Of a stretch of DNA of 64,000 bases, positions 13,144 through 27,579 are shown piece by piece (position 1 is the first letter of the stretch; every line of letters starts with the position of its first letter). Origin of the DNA: Podarcis vaucheri (Eukaryota); assembly GCA_965113315.1 (NCBI GenBank), contig OZ220365.1. The stretch is one strand, 5' to 3'. A model generated the notes under the pieces. It did not search any database. It was not told where the DNA came from and worked only from the letters and a program-made list of their open reading frames with translations. The position numbers and the translations under genes were made by a program.

Positions 13144-13870
13144 TTCTTTCTACCCTACACATGGTTAAGGGCCTTGGTGAGTTAGCTTAAATAGAAGCTG
13201 GAAAAGAGTTCTACCAAGTACTTCCTCATTGTGTTCATAGGGTGTCACCTTTTCATTTTTACAGAGAAAAACAGGGAAGTGGGGCGGGAGGAGAATCAGT
13301 GGATGAGAGACAATGAAGTATTTCTGACGAGACATGCTCACTAAAATTGGGAAGTAGCTTCTTAGTAATTTGATACACGAGGAAATTCTCAGGCTACATT
13401 CTAAGTTTTGTGAAGTCCTTTGCTTCAGTATGGTACCACAAATATCAGTACCATACAATTTTATGATTCTATGAATTTTATTCAGTAGCATTATGTTAGC
13501 TTCTGAAAATGTATTGGTGGCTTGTGTTCATGATAGCCAGAATATTCCTTCAAAGAACAGTAACGTTTGAGTCTGAAGTGCAACATTGCAGAGATTTGCA
13601 CTTTACACTAAACAATTATTCATTTGGCATGCAACCTACAGTTGTGAAAGGTCAGATTTGCAGCGTATACATACACAGATTCATGAATAGAATGAAGAAT
13701 GCCCATAAAGGTTACTGTGCAGCCTACAATGCTGGATTCCAGATCATAACTAAAACTAAACTTATTTTTGCAGTCATACAAGAAATCTAGATGATTATTT
13801 TCTACCTACTTAACAATAGTACACTTTGCAAGAGCTCATCAAATGTTTCAACTATTTGTACATTCAGGGT

Positions 13871-14230
13871 AAAGGTAAAGGTACCCCTGCCTGTACGGGC
13901 CAGTCGTGTCCGACTCTAGGGTTGTGCGCCCATCTCACTTAAGAGGCCGGGGGCCAGCGTTGTCCAGAGACACTTCCGGGTCACGTGGCCAGCGTGACGA
14001 AGCTGCTCTGGCGAGCCGGCACCAGCGCAGCACATGGAAATGCCGTTTACCTTCCCACTAGAAAGCGGTCCCTATTTATCTATTGCACTTAAGAGTGCTT
14101 TCGAACTGCTAGGTGGGCAGGAGCTGGGACCAAACGACGGGAGCTCACCCCGCTGTGGGGATTCGATCCGCCGACCATGCGATCGGCAAGCCCTAGGCGC
14201 TGAGGTTTTACCCACAGCGCCACCCGCGTC
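13871..14230 (-). mobile_element. Sauria SINE, full length, young (CpG-rich)
   Basis: (AAAGGT)n tail, diagnostic body, head ...cccacagcgccacccgcgtc; 11-bp TSD ACATTCAGGGT at 13860-13870 and 14231-14241. Confidence 0.93.
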
Positions 14231-14577
14231 ACATTCAGGGTTACATACACATTATCTCTCTTTTACAAGAAATCTGAAATTTACTTGGAGTTAACATGCC
14301 TGGGATTGCACTGCAATTTAGGATTAAATGAAGAAACAGTCAACCTTATTTGTGGTTTCAATTGATAATTAAAAAAAACAAAAGTAGGACTAACAGTTTC
14401 AATTTTAAAATGTAGACAGTAAGCTTAATTGAATAACACTAATTATAATGGTAAGGTAATGGTACGTTGATTAAATCTCATATTTTTTAAAATAGATGCA
14501 TGTAACTTATAAACATGTTCTGCATTTCTTTTTCTTTTTAAATCAGGCTTCTATGTCAGCATAATAGCCAAATTATT

Positions 14578-14658
14578 TTGTTGTTGTTGTTTAGTCGTTT
14601 AGTCGTGTCCAACTCTTCGTGACCCCATGGACCAGAGCACGCCAGGCACTCCTGTCTT
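14578..14658 (-). mobile_element. BovB (RTE) LINE 3' terminal fragment
   Basis: (TTG)n tail then tagtcgtgtccaactcttcgtgaccccatggaccagagcacgccag, the reverse complement of the 3' end of the copy at 56390-56935. Confidence 0.85.
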
Positions 14659-15470
14659 TGCATATACTTGTTGTGTATATATTCTTGTTTATCATGAAAG
14701 GGGCAGAAAGTGTCAGGCCACTAGCCATTGGGAATATTACTTGGCCGCACCACCCTTGGCTTCTGATATTTTATTAATTTCATTGTCCACACAAGCTAAA
14801 GACAATATTCACAGCTAGGGGACTAGAAGTAAGCTTTATAAAAAAGGAGATGAAGAGAATGAGCTGAGATTTCCCAGGATGCTGCGTTCTGTTCCTAATA
14901 TCAACTGCCTGCTGCCTTGCCCTTTTGTGCTGAATGCAGTGGTTTAGTTGTGCTTAGGGATGGGAGAGTAATTCAATTTGGTTCACATTTTGATGTGAGC
15001 CTACCCAATTCTCACTTCCAAAATGCAGTTACCCTTTGAAATTCGACTCTTATCTGAGTTCTGCAATGCCATTCTCCAATAAAAAAAAGTTTGCATGAAT
15101 GCATATATCAAAAGTGTAGTCCAACATCTTCTGGAGGGCCAATCGGTTCCTCATGTGTATGTTGATGGCATCTCACCTCAAATCTTTGGATGACTTGACT
15201 ATGCACAGTGGTTTCATGAAGATGTTAAATAGCACGAGGGACAAAATAGAAACGGTTAAGATCCCAAGGAGTTACAGTAGCAGCTTTGCAAGAGAACTGA
15301 AGAATATGTTAAATATGTTCAACTTTTAAAAGTGCTTTGAAAGTATCATGGTGTAGTTTTTGTGTACACTATTCCCCAAATGTATATGTAGTAGACTTCA
15401 GTGTACGTGCTTTTGTCTTCTTATCCTCCCACCAATACATTTCCTGGGCTTTTGGAATTTCCCAATTTAG

Positions 15471-15546
15471 ATTTGCCCTGGCTATTTACATTTAATGTGA
15501 AGTTTTATCCTCCGGATCCCTCACAGTTAACAGAAGACATCACCAG
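15471..15546 (+). CDS. EPB41L2: EPB41L2 exon, FERM ([26 protein letters not shown]), 76 nt
   Basis: tttag acceptor, AG/gtatgc donor, VKFYPPDP motif. Confidence 0.96.
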
Positions 15547-16335
15547 GTATGCCATGAAGCATTACTACCTGACTTTGAATCCTGTGTTTTTCTTATTTCT
15601 TTGGAATGCTATGTAAAGTTTAAATCTGTAAGCTTAGGAGAACATGACCAAGATAGAAAACACAACAAATAGTTTTTGGCTCAGACTCGGTAATGTCTGG
15701 AGACATCTTGCACCTGTTTGCTGCTAGCAACTTATCCTGAATCCGGATTCTGAAATATTTCTCTTGGATCTCTGATAGTGTAAAAGTTAAGATAACAAGT
15801 GAAAATGTATATGGCTTATAGATTCCTTTAGATGAATTTTGGGGAACAGGGACTGGCATAACCTGAAGCTTTCTGTTGTAGAGAGAAGGCTATAGGGTAT
15901 ATGGGACACTGAGACAGGAACAAAATTAGCAGTGAATCAATAAGAAATATTCAAACACCCGAGTAATTGGGTGTAAACCAATTCTTATACGAAATAAAGT
16001 TTCAGTAAGGATGTTTTGATTGTGAACTAAAATATCTTTGCAGTGAATTTTAACTATAATCCATTTGTACTAGAAATCAGAATATTGGTGCTAGGATTTC
16101 ACAAGTGTGTATCTGTTAATGGATATCAATTTACACACATACATTTATTGGTGGATATATATGAAGAACAGGTTGCACTTGGAATCCTATGTCCTTTAAA
16201 AGGTATTTTTGTGGCATGTTTTTTTTTAGAACAAAAACAAAAACTTTGCTTTAATAAAGATATTTATCTTTTTAGTTTTCTTAACATGTCAAAATGAATA
16301 AGAAATATTTGACTGATGACATTTTCTCTGTTCAG

Positions 16336-16554
16336 GTACTTCCTATGTTTGCAGCTTCGTCAGGATATTGCTTCTGGCCGCCTACCATGTTCTTTTGTGA
16401 CCCATGCTCTCCTTGGTTCATATACTCTACAAGCAGAACTAGGTGACTATGATCCAGAGGAACACAACAGTGATTACATAGGGGAATTTCAGTTTGCACC
16501 TAACCAGACAAAAGAGATGGAGGAAAAAGTAGTGGAGTTGCACAAAACACACAG
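16336..16554 (+). CDS. EPB41L2: EPB41L2 exon, FERM alpha-lobe ([20 protein letters not shown]...ELHKTHR), 219 nt
   Basis: ttcag acceptor, AG/gtgggt donor; lies within ORF 16316-16606. Confidence 0.97.
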
Positions 16555-18548
16555 GTGGGTCATTTCTGAACCTTTCAGTTCTGTTCCCTTTCCTAGTAGT
16601 AGGTAGTATTGGATTTCATGCAGAATCCTAATACCTAGAACACCTTTGTATTTCTTTATAACCTTAATTTGGAATATCACAAGCTAGCTCAAGCTTAAGA
16701 GTTTTTTGTTCTTAAAAATTTGGAAAATCAGCCAAAGGTGTTGAAAATCAGAAAATCAGCCATTGACTTAGCCAGTAAAAACAGTAACAAACTCTTCTGA
16801 TGGAAAAAATCAGATTGAAATTACATTTGTAAATTGAAACCACAGTTGATGATCATCTGTCCTCATCATGAACTTTTGCCGTTATGACTACAGCGCTTCA
16901 TATCTGAGCTACTTTTGTTTTTCTTTTTCCCTTGTTCTGGAGTTAATATCCAAGTATATTTGAATAGTATGATAACATTTTTCAAACCAATAAATCCTCA
17001 ATATTCCCCAGAGATTGTGTACAAGAATGATGTAATGGGGAGAGGTAGATTGTTTTCAGTGTGGGCTTAATCATCTAGAGAAAAACATCATCAGATTTTT
17101 TCACTCATAAATTACTTTTATTATTTTTCCAATCCAGCAAAAAACGTTTTGTGAGATTATATAATGCTAGAGCTGCGCCACTCAGGTGTGCGGCCCCATT
17201 CATGAGCAGTCAACTTCTGTGGTTATCTCTTCATTTTATTACTGCTAGTATGTGGTATAATACTGTTGTGAAAGGGGATAACTTCTTTATCCTCTCCCGC
17301 CACTGCACTCAGTGGCAACAGCACAGACTTACTACTCTTGTCATCCATATTTTAAAGTTGCGTTGTTGAACACCGGGCATCATCTAGCCAAAACCAAGCC
17401 ATTTATATTCTGACTAGTGATGGGTGGCATACGCTTCACTTGTCATTGAAATTAGTAGGGCTAAAGCACATAATTTTAACTTGACTGTGCCCCCAGCAAA
17501 GTGTGTGTTTTGCTGAACTCATTGGGTACTTCACGTAGTTAGCTTTGTGAGGAACTGAACATTTTGTATCACATGAGGGAAGAGGAAGGTTTCACAGAAG
17601 GAGTCTACAAAATATAATTAGTCAGACACATCCATTTTGCAAGTAATTGGAACCTTGTGTATATGTTTTAAAAAGACTTCCCCTCTCTGTGATTTACTTG
17701 CATTCAAGTTGTTTTGCTCCTCTCCCCACCCACAAACCCATGGGGATTAGAACATAAACAGATATGTTTCAATATGATCCATAATCTCAGCAAGGAAACT
17801 TAAATCTGTCCAGTTGGCCGTTTGCACTGCTAGATAGAGAAAGCCATGATTGGGCAAAAGGTTACTGTTTTAGGCAACAGTGAACTACTGTGTAACAGTT
17901 GTAGCCAAAATTATTATACTGTCCTATGCCCGTAGATCCCAGGGTGGTTCACAACATTAAAATTGCAATATAAAAAATATCAGATATTAGATGTGTTCCA
18001 GCCTTAGTGCTTATGGGTAATATACCTCTGTTCTCAAAGGAGAGTAACAGCTAATTTGTGACAGTTGGGGCAAGAGTTTCCTACTGTCGGCTTAACATTT
18101 CAGAATGTCACAAGCAAATGCTTATGACCTAGATTTCTTTGTTGACAGAGGCAACGATATCACTGTAATAGCAACAAGTTTAGATCAAATTTCCCGATAC
18201 TCTGTTCTTCAAAGAATTTCTTATTTGTTTTCTTCTTTATTGTGTAATGCTCCTACAAGCAGGTGAGATGCGCATGTGTGCAGAAGTTGCCCCTTTTGTT
18301 CTGTAAGGTTCATGTTGGAAAGAAGGCTTGGCAAATCTTTCAATAAGGTTCATTCTAAGCCAAATAAAAAAAAATCTCTTCCCGCATTTAGGGGGTTCCC
18401 TGGTAAAGAGGGTGAGTGTTCAGGTTTACACCTTCCATAGTAGAAGGTGGAGTTTGTGAAGGGCTCTGCTGAAGCGTGGGCAGGAGCGTTGTGGGGTGAA
18501 TAGTGGTTGGGCTTGAAGTATATGTTGAAGGAATTGCATTGGCCCAGA

Positions 18549-18678
18549 CCAGCCTTTCCCAACCTTGGGTCCCAGATATTCTTGAACAACAATTCCCATC
18601 ATCTCTGACAACTAGCTATGCTGGATAGGAATGATGGGAGGAGTTGTCTAGGGATTCAAGGTTGAGAAATGCTGGTCT
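18549..18678. mobile_element. Short hAT-derived MITE
   Basis: cagcctttcccaacctt ... aaggttgagaaatgctg inverted termini with internal ctcccatc/gatgggag symmetry; related copy at about 61460-61600. Confidence 0.55.
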
Positions 18679-19417
18679 AAATTATGTTGGCCCCAACCAC
18701 TCCACCAGTACCTTTCAGGTAGTTCAACAGCAGCTAGTAAATTTTAGAGATGGTTTTGGCCAAAGAGTATGGAGCTGCTGTCATGCCCCCCACCCATTCT
18801 CCCCAGAACAGGACACCTGTGTTAAGAAAATCCCTGGTTTCTCCCCGCTAAAAATGGTTCTAAAAGCAATCTCCAACAAAGCAAATTTCTTTTTCTATAA
18901 CATGTTACACCTTTGCAGCCTTTTCCATAGGAGATAGATGCCAGGTGAGGAGAACTCCCTGATTACTTAGCCAAACATGAGAGAGTACTGTTTGAAGATT
19001 CAGGTTCTGTTGCTTCCTTAACTTACTTAGAGACTTGGCAGACTTGCTAAGACCTTGGCTTGCATAGTTTGAGTGTCTGCCATTGATTTTTTAACCAAAA
19101 TGTTTATGAGAGACTTAGTGCGGTGTTGGTGTTTAAATAATATCTACCATGCCATTTAACTAGTATCCTGTCATTTAGTTTCAGTGCTTTTCTATAGATG
19201 CGAGGGTCAGTGACTGCTAGGATTGAATGTGTAGCAGAAACAAGATGCTGTTGAGGGCCAGATGCTTGGGATAAATGGAATAACCAATCACAGTTAAACC
19301 TCCAAAAGGCTACTGCTAGAAACAGGCTGTTGTAGGGACATGGATCTGATGCAGGAAGGCTTATGTTGTTGTTGATACTCATTTTTGCCGTGAATTTTCT
19401 TTTATTAATCATTCCAG

Positions 19418-19505
19418 AGGCTTGACTCCAGCACAGGCAGATTCCCAATTCTTAGAAAATGCCAAGAGACTTTCCATGTACGGAGTGGATTTACATCATG
19501 CTAAG
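19418..19505 (+). CDS. EPB41L2: EPB41L2 exon, FERM ([29 protein letters not shown]), 88 nt
   Basis: ttccag acceptor, AAG/gtattg donor, MYGVDLH motif. Confidence 0.96.
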
Positions 19506-20410
19506 GTATTGGCCGGCATTTCTATAGATGACATTTCATTTAGAACAGAGGGGTGTGGAACCTTATCCACAAGGGAATGCGGCATTCAGGCTGAATAACT
19601 TTCTGAGGCCACATGCCATCAGTTGGTGGGACCAAAGCCAAAATTGTACAGGGCCAAAGCAGCATACACATCCCATTTATACCCAGCTATCCACACGTAC
19701 TCCACCTGTTCACGCCCTTTATACATCTACATGGAAGCATGTACCATATTCAACCATTCATTTTCTTTCTGTTGCACATGCCTCACACAAAATCATTTGC
19801 ATTGAACCAATTGCATTGCATTTTAAAAATAAGCCTTTCTCTTTTCTTTTTTTTCCTTTTTAAAAATCCTCTTAAGTAAACAGATGCTCCATACAGACTT
19901 TTCCCCAGCTTGTATTTTAGAAAATAGGGCTTAAACTCCTGACAGTTTATATCTCTCTTTACTTTTTCTATCTCCATCTCAATCCCTCTTTTTCCTCCCC
20001 TGGTCTCTGTGCCTCCTCTCTTCTTTTCTGCCATGCATATGCACATACCTCTGCAACATGCTGGTTTTCAGATTGCAGTTTTACTTTTGCCTCCTTCTTT
20101 CTCCTGGTCATTTCTGTGTTGTCTGCATACAAACCTAATCTCTACATCTCCTCTCTTCCCTTCTGTGAATCATACAGTGCCCAGAATAATGCACTTGAGA
20201 TGAAGCCAGAACCAGAACTGATTCTAGAATGTGTTAAAGGCAGGCTAAGCCACAGGAGGGAAAACATGACACTCAAGGACTTCTGATTAAACATACATAG
20301 GGTTGTGCTACAACTCAATGCCTTAATGTGACTTCTGTTGAACTATTAAGGTTTCTGTTCTCTTTTGCATTTAATACTGATAGTATCCATCTAGCCTCTG
20401 TTTATTCTAG

Positions 20411-20847
20411 ATTTTTACAACCTTTTTGAGTCCACGGCTCCCTTGAGCAACAACATTTTTTCTGCGGCATCCCTGTGTGGTTTAGGGGCCCAATTATGTC
20501 ACCCCTTGCCTTTTTGAACACCCTCCCTTTTGTAGTGTTCCCTCAGCCTCTTCTCCCCTCTCCTTGGGAGCCCTCTAGGCAGCCACTGCTGCTACACCTG
20601 GTCTTTCAGCTGCCCCCCCCCCGCCCCAAAGAAAGATGCCTTCTCACACTGTCCCATTTGCCTGAGAAGCTTGTAGCCAGGGCTGCTGCAACAAACAGCT
20701 GTGCAAGCCTTTTGGAGGCAGAGTCGTGAGAAGGCATCAGAGAAGGGAGGGAAGGAAAGAGAGACAGAGGCCAGTATTGCTCACAGCACCCCTGATCATC
20801 ATTCAAGGCACCCCATGGTGCCATGGCATACTGGTTGAAAACCAATG
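20411..20847. mobile_element. Degenerate hAT-like non-autonomous DNA transposon
   Basis: tttttacaacc ... ggttgaaaaccaatg termini; repeated gcaccc/ggcaccc subterminal motifs. Confidence 0.55.
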
Positions 20848-21023
20848 ATTTATTCTTTAGAAAGTTTAGATTTTTCTATCACTGTTTTTTTCTTAGCTTC
20901 AATCTCTCATCACTTCCTGCTGACTCTTTAAAAGGTTACATTTTGTCTTTGCTACTCAATTAGTCTTAAGGGCTCTGTCAAAGATCACTGCCCTGTGATC
21001 TTTGGATTAAAGGCAGTATTTAA

Positions 21024-21026
<3 letters not shown>

Positions 21027-21069
<43 letters not shown>
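21027..21069 (+). repeat. (TAA)n microsatellite
   Basis: Direct reading. Confidence 0.95.
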
Positions 21070-21387
21070 TGATAAACCTGCTTTTATTACTCTCTTGTAT
21101 CCAGCCTCTCATAAAATCTTGTTATTTATCTCTATATTTCCAGAATAAGTTATTTTTCAGCTCATAACCACAAAATGTATTAGTTCAACATTATACTTTT
21201 TCTGGTTTTTAAACTTCTGTTTCTTAAGTCTTTATTTAAGACTTTTTTTCCTGCCTATGATACAGTGCTCCTTGATTTTCCAAGTGTTATTTGAATGACC
21301 TTAGCATACCTTCCTGCTCTTTTGTCTTCTTCTTTCCATATTCCTTCAATATTCCAATAGAAATTACTTTTACAATTGTCTTGATAG

Positions 21388-21549
<162 letters not shown>

Positions 21550-22648
21550 TGACTGGCATAATTTGCCACTCTGTTGTTATAACTTTCAGCCCAGAAGTTC
21601 TTTGAAAATAGGTCCAATCTTACAGCAATTTGCATTGTGAATAATGTAGGAATATGTCCATTTGGTATAGTTTTTTAGCAAATACAGTTTCATCCCTGGT
21701 AGCATAGATAATTAAGGTTTCAGTATGTCTGCAGTGTGCTTTCTGATGATTGGACACATTCCTGCCCTGTAAATTTCCTTACTGTAATGGAAGGTTGCCA
21801 TGTTCTCACATCTGCCATTATGCAGCTCTTAGTTTATGTGATTTGGTCTCACTGGAGTGGTTTGAATTATATTTAGGGAAGTTCATGATGTGGTTTAAGA
21901 ACACTCTACCATTTGAGTAGGTTTTTCCCATAACATGCAGTTCAGCTTCTGAGAGTTAACTGCTACTGATTTCAAAAACAAATGTCAGTTCCGTTTGGAA
22001 CTAACATTGAGAAATGTGTAAACATTTAGTTTTAAAAATAGCATGGTAGTTTCGAGCCTGCTTGAACTATGTACAAAACTGAGAAACTCTGGACAATACT
22101 TGAAGGAAATTACAATCCTACTATCTAGTCTGAAACTAGTCTTGCTGTTCATTCATTTACTCTGGTTTTTTATTAAATCTTTGTGCTAGTGCCATGCTTT
22201 TCATTAATTCCTATGTAAGCAGCATTTCATATTGTAAGTAAAACAATTTGCATGTTTTTGATGGAAATTTACTATAATAGACCATGATACTAGTATGTTA
22301 TATATGTACGGAGAAACAGCTAAAGCACACATGCAACAATTTCTGCTGTCACAGCAAGCAAGCTTTAGTTTAGAAAGAGCTTGCCTTTTTTGGATCTTGG
22401 AAAAATATGGCTACTACCTATAGAGTTGCTTGTGAATGTATTCATTCTCTCTTTGGGGGAAAAGTGTAGTTACTACTGTATGCAATTCAAGCAGTGCTGT
22501 TATGTTAGAAATATGAAAACTCTGGAGTATTTCTAATCTTGAGAAGGGAGATATGCTGTAGTTGAAATAACTGCACTCTTAAATTGTAAGACTAGACAAC
22601 AGTGATTTCTAGAATTTGTGCTAATTTTGGTGTTTGTAATCTTTATAG

Positions 22649-22746
22649 ATGGAACAGTTCGAGAGTACTATTGGGTTTAAGCTGCCAAACCATCGGGCTG
22701 CGAAGAAATTATGGAAGGTTTGTGTGGAGCATCATACATTTTATAG
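22649..22746 (+). CDS. EPB41L2: EPB41L2 exon, FERM C-lobe ([33 protein letters not shown]), 98 nt
   Basis: ctttatag acceptor, AG/gtaatt donor, [11 protein letters not shown] motif. Confidence 0.97.
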
Positions 22747-23829
22747 GTAATTTTTAAAATGTTCCTTAGTTTATGGGGTCACCATATCCTCTGGGGAGAA
22801 TAGCAACTTTGAGAGGGCAGTTTTGATTGAAAATGCCCTGTGGGTTGAGGACACCCTTCCCCTGCCACTGTTTCAATGAAATTTGCAATCTGTTAAAAGC
22901 AAACAAACTTTAGGAAGTCCCACATTCTGTTTTATTTTGACTTGGTAATATCCTGCATCCTAATACATGAACCATCAAATTTCTAACTATCTTTGCTGAG
23001 TAAAATCACCTCTGCAAATTTTCCACTATTACTAAAGAAACACAACAACTTTTAGAGTATTTTTTTCTCACTTCTCAACGATGTTGAGATTATATGATGT
23101 TCTCTTTAATCATGAACCATGTTACTGCTGTAGTATTTTCAGAGAGCTCGAACTGGCAAATATGAAACTACAGTATTTCAGATTGTATGTACCCATGACA
23201 TCTTTATATGTAGTTTGTACATGTCACCATCAGTGTGGTGCATAACTCTTCACCTGCAAATAAGAATAATGGATTTCCTCTGAGTGTGATTCTTAAGGAG
23301 GGGAAATTGGGATGTTGGGAAAGAAGTAATAAAAAAGTGTTTTGTGAACTCCCCTAAGTTCACTTGGTAAAAAAATAATTAAAGTCAGGATATAAATTTT
23401 AAATAAAAATGATTCTGCAGCAGGGTCATCACTCAGATTATGGAAGTATATCATAATAAGATGAAAGTACCTTCATTAATAAGCATAAATAATGCATTTA
23501 ATGCAGGTCGAGGAAGTTGAGTGGACCAGGAGCAATACCTAGATGACAAAGACCATTTTGTACTGATAATGACAATTTGGTTGTTCATTTTCTTGATTTG
23601 CTTATCTTCATTTAAAAAGAGTAATTAAAACAGCAAGCTTTAACATAATTTAAAGCTCATACAGTCAAGCAATAAAAGTAACAGTATTAAAACCAGTTTT
23701 TACCCGGTCCATACAGGAAAGCAACACAGTTGCCAACCCACATCTTTGAAAAGTATTCTATATTAAGAATGTCACAACAAGAAGCTTTGTCTCCAGTAGT
23801 CATCCACTCAACCACCAATAGTCAGACTT

Positions 23830-24150
23830 ATGTTCTCCATAGACTGCCAGGTTAATACAGGTGAAAACAATTCTTCAGATGCCCTGATCAGAAGCCAGGT
23901 TAATGCCAGCAGTATGAATGCTGTCCAGAAACAGACTGGAAGCCAGTGTAGTTTAAACATGTATATGATTCTGTTTTTGCAACAAGTTGGTAATCTCACT
24001 GCAGTATTTTGAACTGACGTATCTGAGGCTTTTAAAAGGCAGCCCCACATGCAGCACATTTTAGTAATCTCAATGAATATGCTCAGAATAGGAATTACTT
24101 GTTATTCAGGAAGGGGTCCCGCTAGTGCATCAGCCAAAGTTGGTGAAATG
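23830..24150 (-). mobile_element. Old L2-clade LINE fragment
   Basis: Minus-strand translation has QNTAVRL...KLHWLPV, like the L2 ORF2 C-terminal motif in the 49340-50470 copy. Confidence 0.55.
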
Positions 24151-26541
24151 CTCTTTGGGTTTCCAAAGGCTAGATTAATGTTTTGGTCATGAATCAAAAG
24201 CCTCCAACTACTGACTGTAGCAGAAGAGGCTCTGCAGTCCTTCGAGGTGGTGGTTCTCCTTTCATAGCTGGCAGTGGGAAGCATGATTTTGTATTGTTTC
24301 GACGGATTTTGCTGTAATCCTAAACAGATTTATTCAGGACTATATTTCCATTTTACTTCTAAATAAATGAATACAGTATGATCTGACTTTTAAAACATTC
24401 TCTAAACAGGGAAAAAATATTATTTGCTGTCCGGCCAGCCTCTTTTTAGACCATTTCAAGTTACAGATTTATTCTGTGACATTTTCATAGAATACAATTT
24501 AATTGGATTCTATTCCAATCAGAAATAGCTGTTTGGGTAAGGAGGGAGAATGTACTGCATGTATCAAATCCTGTTCCTACTGATGGTCACCATGCAGAAA
24601 ATCCGCAGATTTAAATCATCCTGATTTAAAAATAATCTGGCTTCTGTGTGTTCCAAGAAAAAAGCTATGCCAGCAAGACTTTGAAAGACTATTCACATAA
24701 ACACGAGCAATATAACTGTTGCAGCAAGTGTAATTCTAATAGTTAAAGCTGTCTTTCTAGAAAGGTCGTATTTATTACACCCACCCACACCCCTTAGATG
24801 AGGTATGGGGATAGGGCAAATACTGTTCTATCACTGCCACTCATTTCACTGGAAATACTGTGCAGGGGTTCCATGCAGATCCCTTTTGAATAAATGGACA
24901 CTCGGTAGCATCACTATCAGGGGCTTATCTTCCCATTGCTTTTAGTTAGTCATCTTCCCATAGTCATCTAGTTAATGGCTTTGCCAGCTGACTCTAAGGA
25001 GTTGATTAGCAAAAGAATGCAGCAGTTTTAGCTGCCATTGTTACCATTGTAGGAGGAGATTCAGACCAGAAGGTTCCCATAGTGGAGTAGTTTATTAGTA
25101 GTAGCAGTTGACTAACCTTCATGGGGCCAGTTAAGATTGCCTAGCCTGGGAAATCTTGGGTGGAACTGTTTCATAGAATCTACAGAACCCTGTGGTTTTC
25201 CTCCTTTACCTGGAGAAAATAGGCATGGGGTCTAACAGGGCATGTTGATGGGGAAAGCTGACAGATGCTACCTTTTTCTGCTTAAGCCAGGCTTGTGGTT
25301 AGTACTTGTGTTTGGCTTGAGATGTTGGAGCACAGAATTTTGAGGTTAGTATGTATGCACCCAACTTTTTTGTTCTTGTTTTGGGGAATGTGCTGGATGC
25401 TTGTATGCATACACTATTTTTAGGGTAAATAGAGATGATTAAATATATATTACATATCCATTTCCTTTTGCTTGCCATCTGAAGACAGGGTGTCAAAATA
25501 ACATAGATCTAATGCAAAACTTGCATTTCATATTTTCAGATAGCTTGTTAGGAAGAGAAGACTAGGTTCAAATGTTATATGTTATCTCCCTTTGCAGGAA
25601 GTAGTGTGACTTGGGAAACATGCAGTCTCTCATTTGTATTCTAAAACAGTACTGGTCTGTAAGGGTTGTACTATAAGATTTTTATGAAAGTTTTAATTTA
25701 CTTTTATATAGTGCTTCTTGGTGATTGTTTTAAATGTCTGAGATACCTAATATTCTGTGCGATTTGGAGAATATTTTCGAAGTTTGTACCCATACTTTTC
25801 AGTTCTTTGTATCACCAAGATTGGTAAATTAAAGCATCCTTGAAAATATCCCAAATAAGGAAGTAATTAGGTTTTTCTCTTATTAAGAGATTAAAAGTTT
25901 ATCTCAGCAGGGTAGAGAATTAAAGACAGAAATTATTGCTATAGCAAGAGGAGAGCTATGTCTGTAAATGAAAAATGATTCACATTTTTCCACTGTGCAT
26001 GTGGCATGTAACCATGCAGTACTAAAAGAAACATTTTTTAAAATGCTCTTCAACCCATTTTTTAAAAAAGAAAAGTGTTCTTAATTAATCTCTTCAACAG
26101 GAACAAAAGTCAAAAATCATGGACAACTTTGGTGCTTTTTTATATACTGGGATTGGCTACTCCCACTAGCCCTGTGTGGGCCTGCAAGAAGGTTAACCTC
26201 AGACGAGTGCATGGCTGTAGCTACCACTTCTTGAAGGCCACCTCCATGTTTTAACCCCATGTTTATTAGACAGGGGTGGAGGAACTCTGGCCCACTAGCC
26301 ATTCTTGGCCTGCCAGGCAATCCAGTTTGGCTCATGAGCCCATGTGTGGACACTGACTAAGGACTACTTTGCATATGCAATATAAGTTGCAAGGCTGCTT
26401 ATTTGGCCCTGCTCCCACAATGCTCTAAAAGCAACAATGCCTGAGTAGGTATCTGACATGCTTTTGGAATATGGATCTTTTTTAGTTTTGAAATACCTTT
26501 GAATATGGTGACCTGTTTCCTTTTTCTTTTGGGGGTTATAG

Positions 26542-26714
26542 ACTTGTATCTCCAGAGCAGCCTGCTAAGGCCAAGTTCCTGACGCTAGGTTCCAAGTTCC
26601 GCTACAGTGGGCGTACTCAAGCACAGACACGGCAGGCTAGCACTCTCATAGACAGACCTGCGCCGTACTTTGAGCGGACCTCAAGCAAACGTGTTTCCAG
26701 GAGTCTGGATGGTG
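26542..26714 (+). CDS. EPB41L2: EPB41L2 exon, FERM-adjacent domain ([33 protein letters not shown]...SRSLDG), 173 nt
   Basis: ttatag acceptor, G/gtaaga donor, [10 protein letters not shown] motif. Confidence 0.97.
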
Positions 26715-27409
26715 GTAAGAGTCTAACCAAAACCAGTAAACTCCTAATATGTGCCGCACATAGGTTCTTCAGTGAAATTAAAACTGAATATTCAGATAAA
26801 CTTCTTGTGTATAATGGTTAGTAAGGCATTTAGGGCCAGCACTTACAGAGGGTATAAAACCATTATGTTTATGTACCAGGATGGAATTTAATATATTGAA
26901 ACATTTTTGTATCGAAACACATTCATAGACCTGAGTTATTAGAATGTGTCTCATTTTTACAATACTACAGTTGCTTTGTCTTAGAGCCCCTCCTCCTGGT
27001 GGACATTAAATATTGTCAATATAGCATTAGCATTATGCGTGATCTTTTGATTTATCTCCTCATTCCTGAATGTATGAAAATTGTCCAGTGATATTGGTTT
27101 GATGTTATCATTTGCCAATATACCTTTATAGCTGACCTTTAGCACCTCACAACTTTCTACAACAAACAAACAAACAAATCACTTTCTTCAACATTTAGTC
27201 ACTATATTTTTAAATGTTCCAAAGGTTTTTTCACCCAAACTATTTACTGGCATATCATGTACCCAGTTTCTTTTTCCGTTGATTTTCTGACTAAAACCAG
27301 AATACACTGGAATCTTAAAAAATAGACAATACTTGTCTCATAAAGAGCAAGGTACTGTGGAATATTTCTCTCAAACATAGTTGAATTAACTAAACCTATT
27401 TTTTTGTAG

Positions 27410-27579
27410 CTCCAGTGGGTATTGCAGACCAGAGCCTGCTTAAGGACTTTTCTGCTACAGCTGTGGGGCCTGATGGTGATAGGATCTTTGATGCTTCCGG
27501 ACAGTTCAAATCAAAAGATGGGGAAGGTAGAGATGAGGATGGAGGCATAAGTAAAATGCCACAATTAGGAGATGGAAAG
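27410..27579 (+). CDS. EPB41L2: EPB41L2 exon, U2 region (APVGIADQSLLKDF...PQLGDGK), 170 nt
   Basis: ttttttgtag acceptor, AAG/gtaaga donor; resembles recalled human APIGVMDQSLMKDF...QLIEGK; phase 1-0. Confidence 0.92.
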
